From Candidatus Saccharimonadota bacterium (GTDB taxonomy: Bacteria; Patescibacteriota; Saccharimonadia; Saccharimonadales; SLHW01), in NCBI GenBank assembly GCA_024635455.1, contig JAGXIU010000003.1, positions 226,446 through 290,445 of the forward strand: a stretch of DNA of 64,000 nucleotides, written 5' to 3'. The translations under genes were made by a program, and so were the position numbers. Positions 8,168 through 18,056 of this stretch are shown here, in pieces. A model generated the notes under the pieces. It was not told where the DNA came from and did not search any database. It saw only the letters and a list, made by a program, of their open reading frames with translations. Each line of letters opens with the position of its first letter. Position 1 is the stretch's first letter.

Positions 8168-8389
8168 TTACTTGTTACGGTAGGTTATCCGACCCTTCGT
8201 AAGATCGTAAGGCGTCAACTCAACCTTGACCGTGTCTCCGGGTACAAGACGGATGTAGTACTTCCGCATCTTACCGGCAACATGAGCTATGATTTCATGG
8301 CCATTCTCAAGCTCAACCCGAAACTGTGTTCCAGGTAATGCCTCGGTGATTACACCGTCCAACTCGATTACTTCCTTATTTTTGGCCAT
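8168..8389 (-). CDS. infA: translation initiation factor IF-1
   Basis: 73 aa, S1-like fold sequence ([36 protein letters not shown]). Confidence 0.96.
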   Translation of the reverse strand: MAKNKEVIELDGVITEALPGTQFRVELENGHEIIAHVAGKMRKYYIRLVPGDTVKVELTPYDLTKGRITYRNK

Positions 8390-8408
8390 AAAAATATAAC
8401 AAGTCTTG

Positions 8409-8437
8409 ATTATACCAGTAAGTAACAGATAATGTAA
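8409..8437 (-). promoter_or_regulatory. putative internal promoter TTACAT-17-TATAAT upstream of infA
   Basis: -35 at 8437-8432 and -10 at 8414-8409. There are 19 nt to the ATG with no SD. Confidence 0.45.
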
Positions 8438-8472
8438 AGTGTTTTTTTATTATTTGCATATCTATAAAACCT

Positions 8473-9987
8473 TTACTCTTTATCTTTATCTGATTTTTTT
8501 GAAAACTTAGAGAGGAAACGACGCTTTGCCTTTGGCCCATCAGTACTTTTTTCGTCCCCAATTTCGCCAAAGAAATCAGGTTGTTCATATTGATCGTATG
8601 TAATCATGAGTGCACGAGACTCTATCTTTCTTAGGGACTCAAGTGCGACGGCTACAAGAATCAAAATACTAGTACCAGAAATAGCTAGGTTATTACCAAT
8701 AAATACTTCGCCAATTATTGGTATGGTAGCAATAAGACCAAGTGCAGTCGCACCAAATAAGGTCAATCGATTCACGACAAGACTAAGATACTTTTCAGTC
8801 TCTTTCCCGGGCCGAATATCTGCTATGAAGCCACCTTGTTTCTGAAGGTTTTCAGCAATCTCTTTGGCGTTAAACGTAATATTTGTATAGAAGAATGTGA
8901 AAGCAAATACTAATATGAAATACACGACAGGATAGATATAGAAAGTCAGGCCTCCTTCAATAAATCCTTGCGCAGTTGGCGGTGCAAACCACTCTGATAG
9001 ATTGGTACCGAGTCGCTGCCAATCTGCGTTTGCAGAACTCGTTAGCAGCTGACCGGCAAAACTAGGAATGCTCAAGAAAGCCACAGCAAATATAATCGGT
9101 ATAACTCCGGCTGTAATCATTTTGACCGGTAGCGTCGTTGTGACACCGCCATATGCACGGTTACCTTGCACCCGCTTGGCATAATTAATTGTAAGCTGAC
9201 GTGAAGCTTCGTTTAGCTTCACAACAAGTACAGTTAATAGAATGACCGAGAAGAGTAGTATAGAAGCCACAATAAGTTGTGTTTGATTAATCGGCAAAGA
9301 AAAACCAAATAGATTTAGCGAGCTTGTGTCATCAATAATTGAACCACCTAGAGAACTAATAGTAGTTGGAAGCTCACTCACAATACTAGCTGTGATGAGT
9401 AGTGAAATACCGTTACCAACCCCTTGTTCTGTAATCAGCTCACCGAGCCACATCAGGATCATGGCGCCAGCCGTCAAAGCACTTACCATAAGCACCCACT
9501 GCCAAATACTCACGCCAGCTGATATTTCGGTTACTGAGCCACCTTCAATTGAAGCAACGGCTTGACGTACTAGGAAAATCGCACCGATTGACTGAATGAT
9601 AGCAAGTGGAAATGTCAGAATACGAGTGTATTGATTTATCTTTTTTCTACCGAACTCGCCCTCTTTGTTAAGCGCTTCAAGCTTCGGAATTGCACGCGTT
9701 AATAACTGCATAATAATGGACGCGTTAATATATGGGATAAGTCCGACAATCATTATTGAGAAGTTTGCTAAGGCTCCGCCAGAAGCTAAGTTAAGTAGGC
9801 CAAGAAATTGTGATCCGCCTCCAGCAGTCAGAACCGTGTCAAGAATCTCACGTAACGACTGTGGGTCACTGACCGGAATTGGTATAACCGCCATAAGACG
9901 AAATACGAGTATAATACCTAGCACTGCCAAAAGTCGACTACTCATATCCGAGTTTCGAAGTGATTTCCAAATTATCTTCCAGTTCAT
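8473..9987 (-). CDS. secY: preprotein translocase subunit SecY, with a charged C-terminal tail of about 45 aa
   Basis: 504 aa, multi-pass membrane protein, in the conserved position after rplO. Confidence 0.95.
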   Translation of the reverse strand: MNWKIIWKSLRNSDMSSRLLAVLGIILVFRLMAVIPIPVSDPQSLREILDTVLTAGGGSQFLGLLNLASGGALANFSIMIVGLIPYINASIIMQLLTRAIPKLEALNKEGEFGRKKINQYTRILTFPLAIIQSIGAIFLVRQAVASIEGGSVTEISAGVSIWQWVLMVSALTAGAMILMWLGELITEQGVGNGISLLITASIVSELPTTISSLGGSIIDDTSSLNLFGFSLPINQTQLIVASILLFSVILLTVLVVKLNEASRQLTINYAKRVQGNRAYGGVTTTLPVKMITAGVIPIIFAVAFLSIPSFAGQLLTSSANADWQRLGTNLSEWFAPPTAQGFIEGGLTFYIYPVVYFILVFAFTFFYTNITFNAKEIAENLQKQGGFIADIRPGKETEKYLSLVVNRLTLFGATALGLIATIPIIGEVFIGNNLAISGTSILILVAVALESLRKIESRALMITYDQYEQPDFFGEIGDEKSTDGPKAKRRFLSKFSKKSDKDKE

Positions 9988-10085
9988 ATACGTATAATCC
10001 TCACATTGTTAACGCTGACATATCTCAGCAGATAGTATAACGCACACTCGCCAAATCTGCGTTTTTGGCGAGCAAGCAGATACAC

Positions 10086-10559
10086 CTATTTTGTTTTCTT
10101 CTCACTAGTCTTTTCTCGTTGTAAAACGTTGACAATCGTGAATGATCCTCCAGCTTTTTGAATAGCATCAATCGCGGACTGGCTGGCCGCCTGTAGTTTA
10201 ACATCATAAGCTGCCGCTGCCTCACCGCGTGAGAGTAGCTTCACTCGAGCGTATTGGCTGGAGATAAGCTTTGCTTCAGCTAGCACAACATTGTCAATCG
10301 TCTTTGAACCAACAGACTCTAGCTGGTCAATGTGGACATTTTCTGCTTTTGCACGATGTGAACGAAAGCCAGGTATTTTTGGAATACGTTGAATAAGTGG
10401 GTTTTGACCACCTTCGAAACCAGGACGCTTACCATTACCAGCTCGCGCACGTTGACCTTTGGTTCCACGACCAGCAGTTTTACCACGACCAGCACTAATA
10501 CCTCGACCTGATCGAGAGGCGTTTTTGTGTGATTGTAGCTTTAGTTCGTTGAATTTCAT
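10086..10559 (-). CDS. rplO: 50S ribosomal protein L15
   Basis: Gly/Arg-rich N-terminus GRGISAGRGKTAGRGTKGQ. Its ATG overlaps the rpsE TGA. Confidence 0.95.
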   Translation of the reverse strand: MKFNELKLQSHKNASRSGRGISAGRGKTAGRGTKGQRARAGNGKRPGFEGGQNPLIQRIPKIPGFRSHRAKAENVHIDQLESVGSKTIDNVVLAEAKLISSQYARVKLLSRGEAAAAYDVKLQAASQSAIDAIQKAGGSFTIVNVLQREKTSEKKTK

Positions 10560-11107
10560 GATTTACTCTCTTTGCTAACCTTGGCTTTTTTATCTTTTGT
10601 AGAAGACGTAGTCGTAATCCATTCACTCTTTGGCTTTAAGCTTTCGAGCGCTTTTAATACTGCGTACGAAATATTCAACTTATTCGATGAGCCGATAGAC
10701 TTTGACAGTACATCCTGTACACCAGCTACCTCAAGTATGGTACGTATAGCGCCACCGGCAATAATTCCTGTTCCTGGTGAAGCCGGCTTGATGAGTATCT
10801 GCGCACCCGATACTTTGGTTTCAGCTTCATGCGGTATAGTCGTCTTATATAAGCTTATTTGTTTGATGTTTTTCTTTGCAACATCGACAGCTTTCGATAT
10901 CGCTGTTGTTACATCAGCACCTTTTGCAGAGCCGACACCAACTTTTCCTTTGTGGTCTCCTACAACTACAAGGGCACGAAATCGGAAGCGACGTCCACCC
11001 TTTACGACACGAGCAACACGATCAATGTTGACAACGCGTTCATCGTACTGCTTTTCTTCCCTTAATGCTGCATTGTGTTGTGGTGAATTACCTCTTTGTG
11101 TAGCCAT
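10556..11107 (-). CDS. rpsE: 30S ribosomal protein S5
   Basis: VVNIDRVARVVKGGRRFRFRALVVVGD. Confidence 0.96.
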   Translation of the reverse strand: MATQRGNSPQHNAALREEKQYDERVVNIDRVARVVKGGRRFRFRALVVVGDHKGKVGVGSAKGADVTTAISKAVDVAKKNIKQISLYKTTIPHEAETKVSGAQILIKPASPGTGIIAGGAIRTILEVAGVQDVLSKSIGSSNKLNISYAVLKALESLKPKSEWITTTSSTKDKKAKVSKESKS

Positions 11108-11109
11108 AA

Positions 11110-11469
11110 TTAAAACTCCAATCCGTTTTTACGCGCGGCATCTGCAAGCGCTTGTATTCGACCATGATACAGCCGCCCGTTTCTATCAAACACAACCTGC
11201 TTTACCTTTTTCTTGGTAGCTTGTTTTGCAATTTCTTCACCAATAGCAGCTGACTTATCGGTCATGGTTCCGGTTAGTTTCTTGTCACGTCCGACCGTGC
11301 TGATACTTAAAATCGTGTGTTGCTTATCGTCATCAATAATTTGAGCACTGATATGTTTATTGCTGACATATACGCACAATCGAGGCCGCTCTGCGGTACC
11401 ACGAATACTACGTCGAATTTTTCGCTTTCGTTGCAACAGATTTTGTTGTTTTTTAAATAATCTATTCAT
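11110..11469 (-). CDS. rplR: 50S ribosomal protein L18
   Basis: RPRLCVYVSNKHISAQIIDD...FDRNGRLYHGRIQALADAARKNGLEF. Confidence 0.96.
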   Translation of the reverse strand: MNRLFKKQQNLLQRKRKIRRSIRGTAERPRLCVYVSNKHISAQIIDDDKQHTILSISTVGRDKKLTGTMTDKSAAIGEEIAKQATKKKVKQVVFDRNGRLYHGRIQALADAARKNGLEF

Positions 11470-11480
11470 AGTGTTATCCT

Positions 11481-12023
11481 TTATTCCTTCCCTGTCCCAG
11501 ATTTACCGCTTTTACGTATAATTCTTTCGCCTACATAGGCAATGCCCTTACCCTTATACGGCTCTGGTTTGCGAAGAGCGCGAATTTCGGCAGCGGCTTG
11601 ACCAACTTGCTGTTTATCATATCCGCTTACTGTGATTGTGTTCTTCTCTACAGAGGCTGTGATTCCTTCAGGCAGACGGTAGGTCACTTCGTGCGAGTAG
11701 CCGATACTGAATTTTAGTTCGGGCCCGGCAAGCGATACACGGAATCCAACTCCAGTTAGCTCGAGTTTTTTCTCGAAGCCCTCAGTTAGACCAGTTACCA
11801 TATTAAATATAAGTGTTCGCATCAAGCCATGCTTTGAACGATACTCTGCTTCATCATTCTTCCTCTCAACGACACACGTTGCGCCGTCAACAGATACGGT
11901 TATACCCTCGAATGTTGCCTGTTGAAGTGTGCCTTTGGGCCCCTTCACTGTGATAACATCTGGGTCGACAGTGATTGTCACACCGTTTGGTATTTCGATC
12001 GGTAGTTTTCCTATTCGACTCAT
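11481..12023 (-). CDS. rplF: 50S ribosomal protein L6
   Basis: MSRIGKLPIEIPNGVTITV. Confidence 0.96.
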   Translation of the reverse strand: MSRIGKLPIEIPNGVTITVDPDVITVKGPKGTLQQATFEGITVSVDGATCVVERKNDEAEYRSKHGLMRTLIFNMVTGLTEGFEKKLELTGVGFRVSLAGPELKFSIGYSHEVTYRLPEGITASVEKNTITVSGYDKQQVGQAAAEIRALRKPEPYKGKGIAYVGERIIRKSGKSGTGKE

Positions 12024-12038
12024 AATATAGTTCCTTAC

Positions 12039-12446
12039 TTAGTAGACCTTACAAATTAATTCACCGCCAACGCCAAGCTTTTTCGCTTCAGTTCCGGTAA
12101 TGACACCCTTACTGGTAGAGACGATCACAATGCCTCGTCCGCGTTTTACAGTTGGGATAGCGTCAGAACTTGAGTAGTAACGACGACCGGGTTTACTCAT
12201 GCGACGTATCTCGGTGATTCGTGCATTAGATTCTGGTGCATTAATAATAATATTCATTGTTTTACCAACGGTTGCCTTTTCGATAGTAACCGAATCAATA
12301 AATTTATTTTTTGCCAATTGCTTAGCTATGGCTTCTTTAACGTTGGAATGAGGAACTGAGACTTGATGCTTGCGCACAAGTATAGCGTTCCTGATTCTTG
12401 TCAGCATGTCTGATATTGGGTCATTGAGTACTGTTGGGTTTGACAT
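12039..12446 (-). CDS. rpsH: 30S ribosomal protein S8
   Basis: DPISDMLTRIRNA...GGELICKVY. Confidence 0.96.
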   Translation of the reverse strand: MSNPTVLNDPISDMLTRIRNAILVRKHQVSVPHSNVKEAIAKQLAKNKFIDSVTIEKATVGKTMNIIINAPESNARITEIRRMSKPGRRYYSSSDAIPTVKRGRGIVIVSTSKGVITGTEAKKLGVGGELICKVY

Positions 12447-12458
12447 ATAATATTCTCC

Positions 12459-12728
12459 TTACCAGCTCGACTTTGTTACGCCAGGTATCTCACCTTTGCT
12501 GGCATGTTCTCGAAATGCAATTCTTGATAATCCGAACTGTCTCATATAACTTCGTGCTCGGCCGGTTTGGCTACAACGATTGGTTCGACGAGTCGGCGAT
12601 GAATTACGTGGTAACTGATGCAATGCATCAAAGTCACCAAGTTCTTTCAGCTCAGCACGTTTCTTTTCGTACTTTGCTATCATCTTCATGCGCTTTTCGT
12701 CTTTTACTATCAATGATTTCTTCGCCAT
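12459..12728 (-). CDS. rpsN: 30S ribosomal protein S14, long non-zinc (C-minus) form
   Basis: 89 aa, C-terminus [39 protein letters not shown], with no CxxC pairs. Confidence 0.95.
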   Translation of the reverse strand: MAKKSLIVKDEKRMKMIAKYEKKRAELKELGDFDALHQLPRNSSPTRRTNRCSQTGRARSYMRQFGLSRIAFREHASKGEIPGVTKSSW

Positions 12729-12733
12729 AGTGG

Positions 12734-13330
12734 TTACTCCTTACTCTTTTCAAATGGCATACCAAATTTCTCTAGTAGTAGTTTAGAATGGCTTGCTTGT
12801 TGTGCCTTAATAACAAACACAGCCTGCAGCCCGTGGACTGTCGTTGTTTCCTCATAAGATAATTCAGGAAAAACTGATTGATCGGTAAGCCCAATACTGT
12901 AGTTGCCAGACTTATCAAATGACTTATTGCTAACTCCGCGGAAGTCACGTAGACGAGGAAGGATTAGCGATATCAGTCTATCTGCAAATTCATACATACG
13001 ATCGCCACGTAAAGTTACTTTCATGCCAATCTTGTTTCCCTCACGAAGCTTAAACCCAGCGACAGATTGCTTGGCAGCAAGCTCGATTGGCTGCTGACCA
13101 GTAATTTTCCGGACTGTATTCGCTGCAACTTCGAGAAGCTTCTTGTCGTCTTTGGCTCGGCCGAGTCCGACATTAATAACGATCTTCTCCAAACGTGGAG
13201 CTTCGTGTATATTTGCCAAGCCAAGTTCTTCCTGTAATTGCTTTCTGATGGTTTGATTGTAATCTTGCTTCAGGCGAGGTATGTATGCCTGCTTAGAAGC
13301 AGCTTTTGTAGTAGTTTTTGCTGTAGCCAT
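12734..13330 (-). CDS. rplE: 50S ribosomal protein L5
   Basis: L5 core ([13 protein letters not shown]...RGDRMYEF). Confidence 0.96.
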   Translation of the reverse strand: MATAKTTTKAASKQAYIPRLKQDYNQTIRKQLQEELGLANIHEAPRLEKIVINVGLGRAKDDKKLLEVAANTVRKITGQQPIELAAKQSVAGFKLREGNKIGMKVTLRGDRMYEFADRLISLILPRLRDFRGVSNKSFDKSGNYSIGLTDQSVFPELSYEETTTVHGLQAVFVIKAQQASHSKLLLEKFGMPFEKSKE

Positions 13331-13674
13331 TATGCTATCTCCTTTCCTGATGGACGAAGAACGCGAACTTTTTCGCCTTTATCGTTAAGCTTATAGCCAA
13401 TACGAGCAGATCGCTTCGCAGTAGCGTCATAGTAGCCAACCTTGCTTACTGCTATAGGTTTTGTGAACTCTATGATGCCACCTTGTGGGTGCTCGCGATT
13501 AGGCTTCAAGTGTTTCTTGATGATGTTAATACCTTCTACAGTCACCGTGTTGTCTTTCGGGTGCGTTTGTTGCACAGTACCAGTCTGACCTTTGTACTTG
13601 CCGGATCGAACGATGACCTTATCACCTTTTTTCAGGCGAATTTTATAAATTGGCGTATTCTGTTGCTGTTTCAT
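13330..13674 (-). CDS. rplX: 50S ribosomal protein L24
   Basis: KOW motif KKGDKVIVRSGKYKGQTGTV. Confidence 0.95.
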   Translation of the reverse strand: MKQQQNTPIYKIRLKKGDKVIVRSGKYKGQTGTVQQTHPKDNTVTVEGINIIKKHLKPNREHPQGGIIEFTKPIAVSKVGYYDATAKRSARIGYKLNDKGEKVRVLRPSGKEIA

Positions 13675-14042
13675 TAGAGAACCTCCGGCGCTAAGCTAAT
13701 TATCTTGGTGTAGCCCATATCACGAAGTTCACGAGGCACTGGACCAAAAATACGTGTACCCTTTGGTAGCTTATCTTCACCAATTATAACTGCTGAATTA
13801 TCATCAAATGCAATGGTTGAGCCGTCCTTACGCTGTATAGCCTGCCTTGATCGAACAATGACTGCCCGGACAACCGTCTTTTTCTTTACACCGCCAGTTG
13901 GACTTGCTGATTTTACTGAAGCAACAATTTGGTCACCAACTCGAGCATAACGCTTACCTGACCCACCAAGTACACGAATGCAGAGCAACTCTCTTGCTCC
14001 CGAGTTGTCACAAACTGCTACTCTAGATTCTTGTTGTATCAT
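13674..14042 (-). CDS. rplN: 50S ribosomal protein L14
   Basis: [27 protein letters not shown]. Confidence 0.97.
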   Translation of the reverse strand: MIQQESRVAVCDNSGARELLCIRVLGGSGKRYARVGDQIVASVKSASPTGGVKKKTVVRAVIVRSRQAIQRKDGSTIAFDDNSAVIIGEDKLPKGTRIFGPVPRELRDMGYTKIISLAPEVL

Positions 14043-14320
14043 GATGCGTCCTCTTGGTTTGTCGCCTCTTTGTGTTCGATTGGCGCACGAGTGATGATTT
14101 GCTTGAGTGTGAAGTGCTTGTGTCGACTTATTGGCGTTGTCTCTGTAACTTCAACGGTATCGCCAACCGCGGCTTCGTTCTTCTCGTCATGCGCTTTAAA
14201 GCGACGTGTAATTGAATATTGCTTTCTATATATTGGGTGTGTCTTGCGTCTTTCAACAGAAACAACAATGGTTTTATCTGCTTTATCAGACGAGACGACA
14301 CCGATTAGTGATTTACCCAT
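14039..14320 (-). CDS. rpsQ: 30S ribosomal protein S17
   Basis: [27 protein letters not shown]. Confidence 0.95.
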   Translation of the reverse strand: MGKSLIGVVSSDKADKTIVVSVERRKTHPIYRKQYSITRRFKAHDEKNEAAVGDTVEVTETTPISRHKHFTLKQIITRAPIEHKEATNQEDAS

Positions 14321-14519
14321 TGAGGTTCTCCTTTGCTAATTGTTCGCCTAGGACAGTCAACATCCGTGCAAGATCTTTTCGCTTGGTGCGGATTGCGCGA
14401 ACATTTTGTACTTCACCAGTCCGTACTCGTTGCTTTAACTCAGCAATCTCATCACGGAGCTTAGTGCTTTCAACTGTCAGGTCTTTGGTTGGTAGTTTAC
14501 GGATTTCAGCAATTTTCAT
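14313..14519 (-). CDS. rpmC: 50S ribosomal protein L29
   Basis: 68 aa, a helical protein in the conserved slot between rplP and rpsQ. Confidence 0.93.
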   Translation of the reverse strand: MKIAEIRKLPTKDLTVESTKLRDEIAELKQRVRTGEVQNVRAIRTKRKDLARMLTVLGEQLAKENLNG

Positions 14520-14520
14520 A

Positions 14521-14934
14521 CTAGAGATCCTCCTTTATCAGAAAGCGTGTCTTAACGGGCAACTTGTGAGAAGCCAATCGCATCGCTTCGCGTGCTACCT
14601 CTTCGGTGACACCTTGCATCTCGAACAAAATTGTTCCTGGCTTAACCTTTGCAACGTAGTATTCAGGATTTCCCTTACCACTGCCCATCTTCGTTCCGAG
14701 AGCTTTAGTGGATACAGAAATATGTGGAAATATACGAATCCAGATTTTACCACCGCGTTTAATATAGCGAGTCATCGCTTGACGAGCTGACTCAATTTGA
14801 CGACTGGTAATACGATCATGACTTTGGGCCTGTAATGCATAGTCGCCGAAAGCTATGAAGTGACCAGCTGTGGCAGGACCACGTACACGGCCCTTGAATG
14901 TTTTTCGGTATTTACTTCGTTTGGGCATTAACAT
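14521..14934 (-). CDS. rplP: 50S ribosomal protein L16
   Basis: [16 protein letters not shown]. Confidence 0.97.
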   Translation of the reverse strand: MLMPKRSKYRKTFKGRVRGPATAGHFIAFGDYALQAQSHDRITSRQIESARQAMTRYIKRGGKIWIRIFPHISVSTKALGTKMGSGKGNPEYYVAKVKPGTILFEMQGVTEEVAREAMRLASHKLPVKTRFLIKEDL

Positions 14935-15566
14935 TATCGTGTCTCCCCTTTGTAGATCCAGACCTTAACACCAATGATGCCAGAACCTGGGTATTTTGCT
15001 CGAGCTGCATGGTATTCAACATCCGCACGCATAGTGTGTAGAGGAACACTACCTTCAACTGTACGTTCCATCCGGCTCATCTCGGCACCGCCAAGTCGGC
15101 CTGCCACCTCGATACGAATACCCTTTGCGCCAGCACGCATTGTGGCGGCTGCTGCTGATTTTGTCGCACGACGAAAAGCTATACGCTTCTCAAGTTGATA
15201 GGCAATATTTTCTGCTACAAGTTTTGCATAGAGTTCTGGCTTTTTGATTTCTTCGATGTTTACGCGTGTTGGTACATCATAAATTTTTTCAATTGCATCT
15301 TTTAGTTCCTGTACACCGGCTCCACCGCGCCCAATAACGACACCAGCTTTTGCTGTCTGGATAGTCACAGATACGAGGTTTGGTGAACGTTCGATATCTA
15401 CCTTATTAATAGACGCTCGTGAACCAAGCTTAGTACCGATGAGTTTACGAACCTTTAAATCTTGCGTTAAGAAATTTGAATAGTCACGCTTATCAGCGAA
15501 CCATTTGCTGCGCCAGTTCTTATTGAGCTGGAGGCGCATGCTGATTGGATTTACTTTTTGTCCCAT
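14934..15566 (-). CDS. rpsC: 30S ribosomal protein S3
   Basis: [26 protein letters not shown] domain. Confidence 0.97.
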   Translation of the reverse strand: MGQKVNPISMRLQLNKNWRSKWFADKRDYSNFLTQDLKVRKLIGTKLGSRASINKVDIERSPNLVSVTIQTAKAGVVIGRGGAGVQELKDAIEKIYDVPTRVNIEEIKKPELYAKLVAENIAYQLEKRIAFRRATKSAAAATMRAGAKGIRIEVAGRLGGAEMSRMERTVEGSVPLHTMRADVEYHAARAKYPGSGIIGVKVWIYKGETR

Positions 15567-15961
15567 TACTTTGCCTCCTTCTTTGTGGCTGGTTGTTTAC
15601 TGGCGGATTTCTTCGCTTTTGGCTGTCGCTGTGCTCCATCAACGATAACTCGGATGTGTGAAGTCTTTAGCTCGTAGGGAAGAGCCATACCTCGAGCTGC
15701 TGGACGAAAGCGTTTATAACGAGGACCAGGAGTCACGGTTATTTCTTTGATGTACAGTGTGTCGGGCTTGAAATTATGGTTGTAGTCGGCGTTAGCAGCT
15801 GCACTTTGAATAGCTTTCTTGACTGCAATCGCTGAGCGACGCGGGGTATGGTCAAGAATTGTCAAAGCATCTGCCACGCTGCGACCACGAACTAAGCTCA
15901 CGACTTCACCGACCTTCCGCGGTGCAATGCGTACATTCTTTGCCAAAGCTTTAACAGACAT
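15566..15961 (-). CDS. rplV: 50S ribosomal protein L22
   Basis: NVRIAPRKVGEVVSLVRGRSVADALTIL. Confidence 0.96.
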   Translation of the reverse strand: MSVKALAKNVRIAPRKVGEVVSLVRGRSVADALTILDHTPRRSAIAVKKAIQSAAANADYNHNFKPDTLYIKEITVTPGPRYKRFRPAARGMALPYELKTSHIRVIVDGAQRQPKAKKSASKQPATKKEAK

Positions 15962-16236
15962 TACTTAGCCCCTTTCGCGAGTTTGCCACCGTGCGAACGG
16001 AACTTACGAGTTGGCGCAAATTCACCGAGTTTGTGCCCAACCATATTCTCTGTGATGAAAACAGGTACGTGCACTTTGCCGTTGTGAACAGCAATTGTCT
16101 TACCGACAAATTCTGGTGGAATAGTACTAGAACGTGCCCATGTCTTAATGATGGTACGATCTTCTGATCCGAGTGCTGCCACTTTCTTAGCAAGCTTCGG
16201 GTCGACGAATGGTCCTTTTTTTAGTGAACGACTCAT
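15961..16236 (-). CDS. rpsS: 30S ribosomal protein S19
   Basis: [12 protein letters not shown]...[13 protein letters not shown]. Confidence 0.97.
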   Translation of the reverse strand: MSRSLKKGPFVDPKLAKKVAALGSEDRTIIKTWARSSTIPPEFVGKTIAVHNGKVHVPVFITENMVGHKLGEFAPTRKFRSHGGKLAKGAK

Positions 16237-16245
16237 ATATACTCC

Positions 16246-17082
16246 CTACTTTCTCTTTCTTTCATGACGGCTACGAATAATTTGTTTACTGGTACGCTTG
16301 CGACGACGTGTGCGATAACCGAGTGTCTTTTGCCCCCAAGGTGTAACTGGGTCTCGACCAACGCCATGTGAGCCACCGTCACCACCACCATGCGGGTGAT
16401 CCGCTGCATTCATTGCGATACCACGAACGGATGGACGGATACCTTTCTTGCGGTTACGACCAGCTTTACCAATCTTGATATTCTGATGTTGTTCATTGCC
16501 AACTGCACCAAGTGAAGCCTGACAGCTGTTATGTACGGTGCGGACTTCCCCACTCGGGAGTTTAATTTGAACTAGCTCGCCTTCTTTTGCTACTAGTTGT
16601 GCACGAGCACCGGCAGAACGGACAATTTGAGCGCCTCTTCCAGCTTGTAGTTCAATTGCGTGTATAACGCTACCGACTGGTATATTCGCCAATGGCAAAC
16701 GATTGCCATGCTCGATATCGGCGTCTTCGCCACTGCGTATCTCCATGCCAACTTTCATGCGAATGCCTGCAAGTACGTAATGGTATGCGCCTTCTTGGTC
16801 TTTGATACGAGCGATACGAGCACTTCTGTTTGGGTCATATTCGATTGCCTCAACAGTAGCTATCGTACCTGCAGGTAATGCAAAGTTAACGTTTCGATAA
16901 AATTGACGAACACCTCCACCTTTGTGTCGGGTTGTGATACGTCCCTGATTATTGCGCCCGCTTGTTTTTCGCTTTTTTGAGAGCAAAGATTTAATTGGCT
17001 TTTTAGCCGTAATTGCTGACATATCTTGTGATGTCATTCCTCGGGCGCCAGGTGTGGTTGCTTTGTACTGTTTTATAGCCAT
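16246..17082 (-). CDS. rplB: 50S ribosomal protein L2
   Basis: 278 aa, MNAADHPHGGGDGGS motif. Confidence 0.97.
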   Translation of the reverse strand: MAIKQYKATTPGARGMTSQDMSAITAKKPIKSLLSKKRKTSGRNNQGRITTRHKGGGVRQFYRNVNFALPAGTIATVEAIEYDPNRSARIARIKDQEGAYHYVLAGIRMKVGMEIRSGEDADIEHGNRLPLANIPVGSVIHAIELQAGRGAQIVRSAGARAQLVAKEGELVQIKLPSGEVRTVHNSCQASLGAVGNEQHQNIKIGKAGRNRKKGIRPSVRGIAMNAADHPHGGGDGGSHGVGRDPVTPWGQKTLGYRTRRRKRTSKQIIRSRHERKRK

Positions 17083-17417
17083 TACTTCTTCTCCTTGCGC
17101 TTGTTGGCTTTTTCGCTTGCCTCATCGATTGCCGCAAATACAGGAATATTGTCACCAGCCTTGATAGTTACGTACGCTCGCTTGACATCACGTCGTTTAC
17201 CGATAGTTGCACGGCCTCGCTTCTGGATCATTCGTTTGCGCTTACCTTTCGAGACACTAACATTTACTGCAATGACATTTACATCGAAACGGTCTTCTAC
17301 TGCTGCCGCAATTTGCTGCTTGTTGACGTCTGTAGGAACATCAAATACATAGACGTTCTTTGCATTACTTAGGTCATAAGCTTTTTCGCTAACTCTTGGT
17401 TGTAAAATCATACTCAT
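17082..17417 (-). CDS. rplW: 50S ribosomal protein L23
   Basis: ILQPRVSEKAY. The start is set at ATG 17417, with GGAGAG 5 nt upstream, directly abutting the rplD stop. Alternative starts are 17435 and 17411. Confidence 0.9.
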   Translation of the reverse strand: MSMILQPRVSEKAYDLSNAKNVYVFDVPTDVNKQQIAAAVEDRFDVNVIAVNVSVSKGKRKRMIQKRGRATIGKRRDVKRAYVTIKAGDNIPVFAAIDEASEKANKRKEKK

Positions 17418-18055
17418 CGCTTCTCTCCTAGCCAAGTGTCAATCGTTTCAAGTGCCTCTTTTTCAAGCAATATTGCATCAGCGTTTAAGACATCGTATAC
17501 GTTTAGGTACTGTGCCTGTACATAAATAACATTTGATATGTTTTTAGTCGCTCGGATTAAATCATCGTTCTTATCTTTCACAACAACGAGAGTTGATCCA
17601 GCTAAATTCATTTTATCCAACAATTGCTGGAATAGCTTGGTCTTAGCTTCTTTAAGCTTGATCTCTTCAATAACATGAACGATGCCACTGTCGAGTGCAA
17701 GACTAAGAGATTGCCGTAAAGCGGCCCGTTTTGCACCGGCGTGCATACGCTTGCTATGATTTTCGGCACCAGTTGGTCCAAATGTGATACCACCACCGCG
17801 CCAAATTGGGCTACGGATAGAACCTGCGCGAGCACGTCCAGTTCCTTTTTGCTTCCAAGGCTTTCGGCCTCCACCTCGTACATCGCCACGGAGCTTAGTT
17901 TTTGCTAAAGCTGAACGCCCGTTTGCCAAGTATGTCGTGTATGCTTGCTGCATAAGATCGTGCTTTTCAGGGATATTATCAAAAACTGTCTTATTGAGCT
18001 TTACCTGAGTGGTCGCTTTTGCGCCAGATTTTGTATATGTAGTTGGAGTTTTCAT
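17414..18055 (-). CDS. rplD: 50S ribosomal protein L4
   Basis: RGGGRKPWKQKGTGRARAGSIRSPIWRGGG. Confidence 0.96.
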   Translation of the reverse strand: MKTPTTYTKSGAKATTQVKLNKTVFDNIPEKHDLMQQAYTTYLANGRSALAKTKLRGDVRGGGRKPWKQKGTGRARAGSIRSPIWRGGGITFGPTGAENHSKRMHAGAKRAALRQSLSLALDSGIVHVIEEIKLKEAKTKLFQQLLDKMNLAGSTLVVVKDKNDDLIRATKNISNVIYVQAQYLNVYDVLNADAILLEKEALETIDTWLGEKR

Positions 18056-18056
18056 G

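Noticed and set aside
8376-8588. Small ORFs overlapping real genes or spacers (8376-8588, 10025-10225, 50919-51146, 7893-8105)
   Set aside because: They sit out of frame over the secY tail, the rplO 3' end, the nusA tail and rpmJ/rpsM respectively. The real rpmJ occupies 7999-8115 in another frame.
10556-10559. Alternative genetic code (UGA as a sense codon), as in some CPR lineages
   Set aside because: Conserved genes terminate at TGA with correct lengths: the rpsE TGA overlaps the rplO ATG and the orf89 TGA overlaps the trpS ATG. No conserved protein needs read-through.
10572-11219. Long antisense ORFs inside conserved genes, for example 10572-11219, 14212-14790, 25619-26020, 28627-29214, 29245-29706, 30753-31196, 44975-45268 and 53057-53455
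   Set aside because: They lie fully opposite strongly conserved genes (r-proteins, rpoB, rpoC, PBP, pepN). Their composition is low-complexity and rich in Ser, Cys, Pro and Arg, as is typical of antisense frames, and they have no start signals. I treat them as spurious.
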